Assembly: GCA_001179505.1 (NCBI GenBank)
Contig: CDMY01000475.1
Location: 5,487 to 69,486 of the forward strand
Reading direction: 5' to 3'
Origin: Vitrella brassicaformis CCMP3155
Lineage: Eukaryota > Protista > Chromerida
Length of the DNA stretch: 64,000 bases
The number at the start of each line of letters is the position of its first letter. The first letter of the stretch is position 1. The notes below the pieces were generated by a model, which did not search any database, had not been told where the DNA came from, and saw nothing but the letters and a program-made list of their open reading frames with translations. This document shows positions 54,251 to 64,000 of this stretch, piece by piece. The translations under genes and the position numbers were made by a program.

Positions 54251-54600
54251 CGTCTCTCCTCAACCGTAACGGCGTCAAGGTCATTCCCAAGGAGTACCTG
54301 ATGGGTACCATGTGTGCAAGAAGAGCACAAGAGACACACGTGTGCATGTGTGTGTTTCAGGTAATAAGTCCATCGTCAAGGAGACAGACACCGTCTCCAT
54401 GTACATTACATGCTGGAACGGCTGGTCGGAGGATCCTGTGGCGGACGGAAGGCCACAGATCGGGTATAATCGGTGGGCACTTCCCAGAAGACAGTCCATC
54501 ATTCCAGAGGCCTCCTAATGCCGCTTGTCTGCCTGTGAGACCTTGACTAGCTGCACGGCTATGGATAACGTGTGTATGTTTGCGCTTCAAAGTAGTGCTG
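54046..54600 (+). repeat. Internally deleted copy of the pseudokinase N-lobe region and its downstream flank
   Basis: Matches 48716-49175 and then 50893-50988. Confidence 0.93.
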
Positions 54601-54921
54601 CTTCTCATTCCTGAGGCGATTAATCAGTAGCCACATCGAGGCCCACCCATGCATGACGCATCAGCTCAACCGTGTCCCTTCATGCATTGATGGCCAATGA
54701 CAACCAAAGCAACACACGAACCCATCGGGGTCACTGCCCATTCACCATCTCACTCATCGTAGCAATCTCACAGGCGGCTGTCAAGAATGGAGCACTTCAG
54801 CGTGCCCTATTCGTAGTGAGCAGCATGGATAGTGGACCATTGTGTGGGGTGGTTAGAGGACAGCCAGTCGCAGAACAACAATCGCCACGCCATCGCCAGC
54901 ACCGTTGTCTCCTTCCATCCG

Positions 54922-57408
54922 TCACAGTGCCGATGTGTCCACAGAAAAGTCATTGGCACTCATCTGGTCGATGCGACTCAACACCTGCGCACAAGCCACA
55001 CACACACGCATGGAGCAGCTCCATGCACAAGTATCTTTCCCCATGCTCACTCACCTGGCCCATTCTGTTGAGCTCTCCGAGTGTCTGCTGCTGTCTTGCG
55101 ATCTCCTCCACCTCTTCCTTGGACATCGGGCCGGCGCGCTGGCTCAGCTGCTGCACTGACTGCTGGTGGATGGCGGCCAAAGCAGCCGCATTTGGCTGCA
55201 CACACACGGCCAGCCAACAGAGAGGATGGTATATGATTCGTCGTGGTGGGCATAGGTATGCATTTCTCACCGCCATGTAGTTGGCTGATGTGTCGGGGTA
55301 TGCTGCCGTGACGGTCTCGCCCATTTCCCTGACACTCTTCTTGACGGGCAGCCCCGCCGCCCGCCGGGCCTCCTGCTCGTCGAGCTCCGCCTGCTTCTGA
55401 CGCACAGTGTGCTCCATCTGGGCTGCCTGCCACATACCCTGGGACTGATAGATAGACACATACACACACAGGCAGGGAGAGGGAGGGGGGAATGTGCGTT
55501 CGATCCATCTGTTGGCGTGGGTTTGGTCTGTTTGTTGTGTGTGGGAATGTTACCGCAGCGCCGCCGATTGTGTCCTGTATGTTTGTGAGTCGGCGATCGA
55601 CGGCCGCGTCAAAGTCCTTCTTGAGATCCTTGTCGTCACTTCTCTGAGCCCTGCATGGACGCGATGGAGAGGGGAAGGAGAGATGCGCGTGGGTTGGTGT
55701 CTGTGCTGTGTGATGGTGTGTTGTGTTGTGTTACCTGGGGTTTGGGTTGTCGTATGCCCATTTGACAGTGATCATCTCGTCTTTCCTGTCGAGCCACTGA
55801 TCCATCATGGCCACCTTGGCGAACTCGGCCGCAGCCCTGACGACCCAACCCCACCCCCCACACACACAGACAGACAGGCCATGGCAAATGGATGGATGGA
55901 TGTATGGGTGTGGATAAGTGAGTGAGGGCGTGCAAGTGCTACCCACCTGTATTCGTATTCGACGAATGCGATGTTCTTGTTGGGGATGACGCGCATATGG
56001 ACAATGGGACCTGCAGACAGACAGTACACACCACAGTCAGTTATGAAGGGGCTTTAGGTCCGTTCGTTCATTCACTGCCCCCCGACTCACTCACCCCACA
56101 TGGAGAAGTTCCGCCTGACGCTCTCCTCCAAGACGGCATACCCATCAGGGAGGCCACTGACATAAACAAACAAACAAACACACACACGTGAATGAGAAAC
56201 CTATATGCTCATCCCTCCCTCGCTCCCTGGCTCCCCGATGAGCTGAGCTACCCACCCACCGGTCCATTTTGAGGTCTCCGATGAAGAGCGTCCTGCAGTC
56301 CTTCTCAAAGGTCCCCACACCGCCCATATCGTCGCGGTGCTTCATGTGCCGCTCGCGCCCGAAGATGTCGTGAGTGTTGTCCAGGTGCTGGTTGTCCTCG
56401 CGGGTCGGCACACGGTGGTAGTACCGGCACTCGCGGCCCAACATGCAGCAACCCTACACACAGACAGACAGACAGGCAGGCAGGCGACACCATAACATGG
56501 GGGCATTGTGGCTGGGTGAGAGATTGGATGGGTATCCCATTCCGCGTACCCTGGCGAAGTAGTAGCAGAAGGCCGGGAATTCGGTTTCGGGCTGCGTGTC
56601 GGCCTTGGTCCAACCAGAGTCACTGAGCAGACACACAGATGGGTTCATATGCTGGCCTGGCTTGGCGCGCTGCGTGGGTGCGGTGCGGTGCGCACGTGTA
56701 TGGGTTGCATCTGGTGGAGGCCGGCTCGCGTTCCTTTCGGTCGAAGCGGTCGCTTGCGTACTTGCCGTACCAGATGTTGTAGTCCTCAGCACCTGAATCA
56801 TTGCACCATCATACACACATAAGTGGCCACATGCAGGCTGGCTGGCTGGCTGGCTGTGCCTGTCGTTCTCTCTCCCTCGCCCTCTGCCTCTCCCTCCTCT
56901 GCCCACCCACCCACCTTGTGTGTACGAGTATTTCTTGAACTCTGCCTGCGCCTGCTTCCTGGCAGGCCTGCCCAGCTGCGCCGCGGTGGGTATCCTTTCG
57001 TACTCGAGCACAATGGGATCATATCGGTACTTGGACTCGTAGTCGGCATCGGCAGCGTCGTCCTTCTTCCTCTTCTTGCCCCCACCCTGCTCGTCGTCCC
57101 CAGACGCCGACACGTGGCCTGCCGTCGGCTCACCAGCAGCAGCAGCATCTGACCAACAGAGAGCGGATGAATGGCAGTGTGTCTCATGCATCAAGCCTTC
57201 CTGCGTGATGCCATCTCTCACCTGCCGGTTTCTCGCCCTCTCCCGTTGCCTCAGTGGGCTGTCCATTGGCTGTGGGTGGCGCCTCTGGATCTGTCCATGA
57301 CATCTCGCCTGTGGCGACGTTGTAGAAGTAGGGATTCTGGCTGTTGGGGTCGACGAACTGCACCCAGAGCGGCTTGGCAGCTCCCGTCATCGACGGATCC
57401 TCTGACAT
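54922..57408 (-). CDS. CWC2: Pre-mRNA splicing factor Cwc2/RBM22-like (Torus, CCCH, RRM) with N-terminal WW domain
   Basis: WW: LWVQFVDPNSQNPYFYNVATGEMSWTDP. Cwc2 core: GRPARKQ, YNIWYGKY, DSGWTKAD, FCYYFARGCC..G.ECRYYHRVP, DIFGRERH...RDDMGGVGTF, RTLFIG, IAFVEY, AEFAKVAM..QWL and VKWAYDNPNP. Confidence 0.92.
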
Positions 57409-57647
57409 GGCGGAAAATCGAATGGATGGGGACGGTCAACAACAGACTGCTGCTAATAGACTTCCCAGAAGCCAAAGCTGGCCTCAGAAGCTCTGCGCGC
57501 TTAGCTCAGAGATGTGCGAGCTTTTCCCCTCCTGATGGCCCTTTTTTCCCTACTGGCCTACCAGGCAGTGCACCCCACCACGGTCAGCAAATACAACTGT
57601 CACTTGCCCATGAATCGTTGCTGATCTGTGTGTGTTGATCTCTGCAG

Positions 57648-58406
57648 ATGACGAGCTTCGTGCGTTTGAATGTCGGCGGTCGTGAGTTCAGTGTGGCGAA
57701 GTCCACGTTGTCACGCCACCCCGACACGCTGCTGGGGCAGCTGGTGACCAACGAGTCGACGGCCGAATACCAGCAGATCCAGCAAGGCCAGCCCGTCTTC
57801 ATCGACGCCGACCCCTCTCTCTTCCCCTGTGTGGTCGACTACTACCGACACGGCACGCCGATACTCATCGACAGCTCAGTCGACAAACGCAAGCTGATGC
57901 GCGAGATGCGATTCTTCGGAATCAACGTCAGCCAGAGTGATATGGAGATGTCGGAAGAAGACCAAGCACTGCAAAAGGACGGGGTGGCTCGACGGATGGC
58001 TAACAAGATCGCATATGCAATCCTGGGTCGCGTGCCCCGTCCAACACCCCCCAACAGTACATACGTTCGGAGCCTTCAGGACCACGTTGTCGCCGCGTGT
58101 GAGTGGGTGGGGCCTGATGCGGACTGGCTGAAGGTGGTCAGCTCGAAGGATGACGTACATCTGATCAAGCATTCCATTCTGATCGGAATGGTGTCTGAGG
58201 AGCTTGACAAGATGATTGCGCCCAAGTATAGGTCAAATGTGATTTTTCATTGGGAGCCGAAGATGCACGATCACTTTTATATGGAGGTGAAGTTCTTGAC
58301 GGTACGTGCGTCTGTCTGCACCTCACGAGTGCCGGGCCACACGCCAACGATCAAAGGATGTGTGTATTGTTTGCGTTGTTTGCCGTGCTCTCAGAATGAG
58401 GTGTGA
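57648..58406 (+). CDS. BTB/POZ (KCTD/T1-type) domain protein
   Basis: VRLNVGGREFSVAKSTLSRHPDTLLG...VFIDADPSLFPCVVDYYRHG...EMRFFGI. One intron near the end (FLT|NEV*). Confidence 0.85.
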   Translation: MTSFVRLNVGGREFSVAKSTLSRHPDTLLGQLVTNESTAEYQQIQQGQPVFIDADPSLFPCVVDYYRHGTPILIDSSVDKRKLMREMRFFGINVSQSDMEMSEEDQALQKDGVARRMANKIAYAILGRVPRPTPPNSTYVRSLQDHVVAACEWVGPDADWLKVVSSKDDVHLIKHSILIGMVSEELDKMIAPKYRSNVIFHWEPKMHDHFYMEVKFLTVRASVCTSRVPGHTPTIKGCVYCLRCLPCSQNEV

Positions 58407-58788
58407 GTATGTTCGTTGCCCTCTCAGCGAAGAGCTGATCCTTCTATTGCACCCCCGTGTCCATAGATATTCGGTGCGTGTCTTTCCATATGTGTGCCTT
58501 TTCTGACTCAGCAGACGACCAGGCAGGCCCAGGGGACTGGTCTGCCGTGCACTTTGCCTGCACCACACAGCAGCGAGTTATGTGTCTCTGTGGGTGATGG
58601 CGATTGTGTGTTGCCTGTTTAGACTGTGCGTGTGCAAGAGCTACATGCATTCGTTGTTTCATGCAATGAGTGTTCGTGTGTGCCTGAAGTACGAATGTAG
58701 CCACTGGGAAGGAATCCAGAGACGTTAACGTTCGCCCAACCGTCCCAGCCGGATTTACCTGTGTGGCGAGGTTTAGCTCTATCTTTCC

Positions 58789-60192
58789 ATGGCGTCGGTG
58801 TTTCAGCTGTCCATCCCATGTGTTGAGGCCACCCTCCACGCATGGACCAACGACATCTCCTCGTCCGTCCCCTCGTTCGTCCCACGCTGCGCCCTCACCG
58901 GCTCCATCCCCTCCCGGCCCTGCATGACACGCAACAACACCTATGACGCCCCAGCCATCGAAGACTACATTAACACATGTGTAAGCAGCTGTTCCCTCCG
59001 CACACATGGCACGGAAGAAATGGAGGCTCGGAATGGCTGTGTGGGGGGTGATGCAGGGCAGCTCGCCCATGACGTCCATGCCCCTCAAACTGAGCGACCT
59101 TCGTCCCGACCACACGGCTCGTCGGGTCATCCAGTGCTGGGCGGTGGAGGAAATGGGCAAGCAGGGCATCGCCACTTCATACGCACCACCCGGCTTCCCC
59201 AACGTGGCGGGGCCGTGGCAGCCGTCCAGGGACCATGGCAGCGAGGCCGTGGTCTCGCCTGCGGTGCGTCGGCGTCTGATGGGGGATGAGTGGGTGTCGC
59301 CGGAGCCGTATGGGTATCCGGCTGAGTTTGGGGGTAAGGGGGGTAAGGGCGGGGAGGGGCTGCTGGGACCGGTGCCGACAAGGGGGCTGACGGGAGATGG
59401 GGCTGGGCTGCTGGGACCTGCGCCGGCCAAAGACACAAAGGAGGACGGCAAGGCAGGTACGCAGGCGGTCGGATGGATGGATGGATGGATGGATGGAAGG
59501 ACGGTTGGTGTGGATGTGCGTCGTTTGTTGTCTGTACATTGGTGTGTGTGGTCAGGTGTAAGTGTTGGTGATGGTTTCTCTCCTGCCGCTGAAGAACTAC
59601 ACGGCATGCACCACAACCACAATAGTTTCAATAAGGGTACATGTGCCCATACATGTGATCCCCTTTGGCCTGCGTTGCGTTGCATCCACCACCCGTCACC
59701 TTTCAGGTCGTTCCATCCGCCAGGGCCGACACAAGGGCGCCACCCTCGCCGCCAAGCACCCCATGTACCAACACCAGCAGCACAAGCACAACACCCACAT
59801 CCAGGACGCCAATCGCAGTGCACCAGCGGCACCGCCATTCGGCAGTCTGTTCGGTGGGGGAGGCAAGGAGAGTAAGGCTGCTGGTGCTGGCGGTGGTGGG
59901 GGTGGCATCTTCGGGTCGGCGGCTGGTGGGTCTGGTAGCGGGTGCTCGAGCGCTGGTGTGGGGAGCAGCATCAGCAGCATATTCGGAGAGGGTGAGCTGG
60001 ATACCGATTCATTCATGTGACCTGTGATGGCTCTCATCAATGTGTGTGCGTTGTGTGTTCGTGTCTGCCTGCCGTCGATTAGGTGTGTCGTTGTCATCCA
60101 TCGCTGTGCCGACTGTATTTCGCTTCACGGGCGCCGACACACAGGGGGGGAGTGGTGCAGCGCTGAATGGCATGCAGAACGGCACCACATAG
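58789..60192 (+). CDS. U-box domain protein (putative E3 ligase) with Gly-rich C-terminus
   Basis: Spliced U-box RCALTGSIPSRPCMTRNNTYDAPAIEDYINTC|GSSPMTSMPLKLSDLRPDHTARRVIQCW. Later exons are in phase to TAG 60190-60192. Start uncertain. Confidence 0.75.
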
Positions 60193-60639
60193 CTGTCGGC
60201 ATGAGTATCGACACTTGGTATTGTGCATGCGCTCGCGTGATGGCTGGGGGGAGAAGTGTGTGCCGGGTTGTGGGAGGGCAGGGAGGGGCCATTCATTGTT
60301 TGTTTCAGACCGACACTTTTTGCTGCTTTGCTGTGTTGACTTTGACTGACTGCCTGGCTGATACGATACGTCACCTCCCGTGTGCGCCTGTCCGTCCGTA
60401 TGACCTATGAAAGAATGTCGTGCCTACCTACCTAAACGGCATAACAAACCAAACCTTCGCCCTCTCTCGTACTGGAAAAAGCCTGGCCAAATCCCTCACC
60501 TCTGCTCTCCCTTCCCACACACTAATCATTCACACACACACACACACACAATACACGAAGAGACCGACCGCAAAAACACCAAAAACGCCAATCCTGCTTG
60601 CCCGTCTGCCGATTCATGTCTGTATCAGCATCAGTCAAG

Positions 60640-62453
60640 TCAGCCAGTGGCTTGGCCAGGGGAGAGAGTAGGTCGGGGAGGCCGGAAGGGCGTGAAATCG
60701 GCCTCATACCGCGAGCTTTCGTTGCCCTCCCCGGGCAGCTGGCCCCCTCTTTCTGGGTAGCCCAGTATCTTGAACAGCTGCCGTCGCGTCCACTTGGCAA
60801 TGAGCTTGACGGCCGCACTGTGGACGGGGTCGCTCAGGTCGATGTTAGGCACGGTGAGCTTCAGCTCATCGAGCAAGGGTGTCTCCATGGCCCTCACATT
60901 CTCCACCGCCCACGCACAGTCAATGGCGAGGGGGTCCTCTATGGCGGCCGCTCGGGAGGGGAAATGGCGGTCAGCATAGTCCTTGACACGGTCCTCCAGA
61001 AACTCGATCGTGCCCAGACGGAAGGCCGCCTCTTCTTCGGCGTGCTCGGCGGCCACGGGGGGCAGAAACCCGTATTGGGCGATGTATCCCTCCTCACCTC
61101 CCCAGAGGCCGTAGTCGTGGCTGAGAGGCACACCTGCCGCGATGGGGCCCGAGGCACCGATGAGGACCATCTGTGTGTCGTCCTCGTCACCCTTGTCATC
61201 CTCGTCAGTATCAGCAGAGATGAATTGGACGTTGGGCGAGTGGTGGTGGTTGACCATGTCGAACAGGGGCACGAGGGCGGGCACCGCGGCGCCGATTGTG
61301 GGGTGGTTGACCTTGACCGATCGCGTCACCGCCAGACGGTGAACGGCATTGTACTCTGCCTCGCTGAACTCCAGCTACAGACAGACACACACCGCACAAC
61401 ACAGGCAGCACAGACAGACAGGTGGGTGGGAATGCGCACACACAGACACAAGATCCATCTGGTGAGTGAGTACCTGAGATCGCTTGTCTGCCGGCAGTGC
61501 CTTGAGTAGCGCCGATATGCGGCCGTAACAGATCTGGTCGATGAGCTGCAGCATCGACACAGCATGCTGCAGTCCCTTCCCCTGCCCCGGAGTCCAGGGC
61601 ATCATCTCCCGGGGCCAATCAGCCTGCGTACATTTACACACATACACAGGCACGTCCACACGCGGACCCGCCGAACCCATTGTTGTCTAGATCATACTGG
61701 CAGGATGGGTGGGTCGGGAAGAGACTCCAGGTAAGGCCGATAGAAGGAGGAAGTGGTGTTGCGCAGCTCATACAGCAGGGCAATCGTCAGCCTGCATATC
61801 ACATACACACACACATCAGTTGGCCTGTCTGTCTCTGTAAGGCTGCCTGCATGACTGCATGACTGCCTGCCTGCGTCCACACAAAAGACGTCACGTGTAC
61901 ATACCGTGCGTCCCATGTTTGGGTGGTGAGCTCCTCCATCAGGGCACTGTCACCGCTTGCCTTAGCCACATCCGCCACACCCGCGGCCAGCGGGGTGCTC
62001 ATGAACTGCTCGTCATCCGCGCCGCACACACGAGTGAAACTGTGGGTGTGGTGTCAGCCAGTCAGTCAGCCAGCCAGGCATGCGGCCGCCCTTAATCCTT
62101 ACGTGATGCAGAGTTTCAGAGGAATCTCCGCCCACACCTCTCCGTCGGCCAGAGGCTCCACAGCCACCAAACCTGCACCACATCCATCCGCCCATCCTTC
62201 CCGTGAATGGGCGGATGTCAGCCCGGCTACCCCCTCATCCATTTTGCCCGCTCTGACCTCTGATGACTTCGTTGGCGTCATCTGACGGCTCGTTCTGTAT
62301 CTGCACCTTGTTCACCTTGCCTCCGTGGCCCTCCACCCACTGCACGAGCTGGGGCTCCATGGCCACGAAGGACGCAGCACGGCCGGACGGCAGCAGCTGT
62401 GTGACGATGAGTGGTAGAAGGAGGATGGCAAAGGCAGATCCGACCATGGCCAT
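60640..62453 (-). CDS. SET-domain (Rubisco LSMT/SETD3-like) methyltransferase with signal peptide
   Basis: MAMVGSAFAILLLPLIVTQLL leader. Motifs LVQWVEGHGG, GAGLVAVEPLADGE...IP, FYRPYLESLP, LVPLFDMVNHH, HDYG and QYGF. Confidence 0.88.
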
Positions 62454-62645
62454 TTGGTCTTCAGAAGCTTGTGGTTTCAGCCCGAAGTAGACCAGATGCC
62501 GTCGACTGCATGAACGCATGTCAATCACACAGAAGAGCATTTTGATCGTGTTTTCACGTCATCCAAATCATGGACTTGCCTTTTTCGAAGCTGAGCCTTC
62601 CTCGTCGCCCCTTCCACCTCTTTTTCCCTTGTCAGAGGCTGCGAG

Positions 62646-62799
62646 TGTTGGGGTAGATCCCGCCGTGTAATGCAACTGCATGCTGAGAACCCTGAGCACT
62701 CCGAACTGTCCCTCCTTCTCGTGAACCGTCCCTCTGGCTCATCTGTTGCCTTAACGGGCAACGACAGCGATCCTCCACAGCCACTCTCATCTACCGACA
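62646..62799 (+). mobile_element. Putative 5' LTR (154 bp, TG...CA)
   Basis: Begins TGTTGGGTAGAT and ends ATCTACCGACA (near-perfect terminal inverted repeat). It is followed by TGGGCGCAGCA (PBS candidate) and then gag. Confidence 0.6.
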
Positions 62800-62977
62800 T
62801 GGGCGCAGCAAATCGTTCTGGCTGTCGCTGCTGAGCCAAAGATCTGCCCAGATCTTCGTCACCCCATCGTCCATTCGACCTCCCTCGGTCTTCCCTCAGA
62901 CCCCCACACTCGCCGCTCGACTCCCGTCGACTCCCCTCGCCTCCTGACCAAGCTCCGCCACGAGATCTACGATCACC

Positions 62978-64000
62978 ATGAGCGACTACATCAAGCTCAG
63001 CACCAGCGATGTACCAACCTTCTCCGGAGATGAGAAGGACTACCCTGATTGGGTACGGTGCTTCCGCACCATGCTGGGGTTCGAGGAATCGGCCCTACTG
63101 CGGGACACGGCGCTCGATGAGCACGTGCCTATCTCGATGCAGCAGACGAAGCTCGAGGAGCTTCTGACGCGTGAGCAGGAGATCGAGGACAAGGTCATCA
63201 CCGCCGAGTATACCAAGGAGGCCAAGGAGGGAGAGCTGAAGCAGATGCACAAGCAGCAGGAGAAGCTGAGGGCATCCATTCAAGCGGCCAAGCGGCTTTA
63301 CACGCTGCTCGCCTTCGCCTGTAAGAACAGCTCCGCCAAGTACATCCTCGAGCAATACGAGGAGGGCGTCAAGGACACCTACGACGAGTTCGACGGTGTG
63401 CTGGCCTTCAAGAGGCTCAAGGCAAAGATGGAGTCCAACCCCGCCTTCGCCGAATTCTCAGCGTAACGTGAGTTCGACGCGTTCGCCTGGGACCTCAAGA
63501 AGTCGGCCCTGGACAACAACGCCGAGTTCAAGCGTCTGGCTGGCAAGGTCAATGCGCAGAAGGAGGTGCTCACGGCCACAGCGCTCAAGCACGCCTACAT
63601 CAAGGTGGTGCCGACAGCCTACAAGCTGCCGATCAGCGAGAAGATCATCAAGAGCAACGTCACCCTCGACGACGCCATGGAGAGGGTGCGCAAGCTCAAG
63701 ACAGCTGCAGCGATGATCAGGGCATCGCCTGGGCAAGACGCGAGTATGGGCGTCGGTGCGGCCACCACGCCAATGGACGTCGACGAGGGCGCAAGGGCGG
63801 CCAGTGATGGTGAATCCATCAACTGCAAGTACTGCCTCAACGACGGCCACCACCACTCGGACTGCAAGCGGCTGACGCACGACAACATGATGTACGGCAT
63901 CACCCTCTTCCCGAGCAGCCACCGCATGAAGCGCGCTGCAGAGCTGCTCAACAGCCACCTCGAAGAGGTCGAGCGCAAGGAGAAGGAGCGAGTTATCAAG
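62978..64000 (+). mobile_element. gag: LTR retrotransposon Gag ORF, intronless, with one in-frame TAA (63464-63466); runs off the window end
   Basis: PTFSGDEKDYPDW N-terminus, DGVLAFKRLKAKME, PMDVD, and CCHC knuckle CKYCLNDGHHHSDC at 63824-63865. The frame stays open on both sides of the stop. Confidence 0.88.

Noticed and set aside
58300-58810. Single BTB-U-box fusion gene
   Set aside because: The candidate intervening exons need a 25-nt intron and end out of phase with the U-box exon; kept only as a low-interest lead.

Overview
Intron-rich, GC-rich eukaryotic genomic DNA. Short introns full of (GT)n, (CTGT)n and (GGAT)n microsatellites, plus several signal-peptide/transit-peptide leaders, point to an alga with a secondary plastid, most likely the chromerid Vitrella brassicaformis (inference from sequence style, not a database match). 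All gene models were built by hand from the ORF track and splice signals. About 20 protein genes were reconstructed: an OPR/HPR-like helical-repeat protein, an HCF107/Mbb1-like HAT protein, a tandem pair of secreted EEP nucleases (second copy frameshifted), a large Nudix-like + PARP-like + DEAH helicase fusion, two paralogous small signal-peptide proteins of no family I recognise, a TPR-like/PH protein, acyl-CoA oxidase, glutamate 5-kinase, a DUF192 protein, a CaMK-like kinase, formate dehydrogenase, a MORN-TKL pseudokinase, a Zn-finger protein with a chimeric 3' end, WW-Cwc2, BTB, U-box and SET proteins, and the 5' end of an LTR retrotransposon. There are two 300-N assembly gaps. No rRNA, tRNA or CRISPR array was seen. 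Best leads: (1) the Nudix/PARP/DEAH fusion, in which both accessory enzyme folds look catalytically dead; (2) the small secreted protein pair, whose homology supports a 5-nt micro-exon; (3) a local duplication with deletion that gave one gene a new 3' end from its neighbour's kinase lobe.
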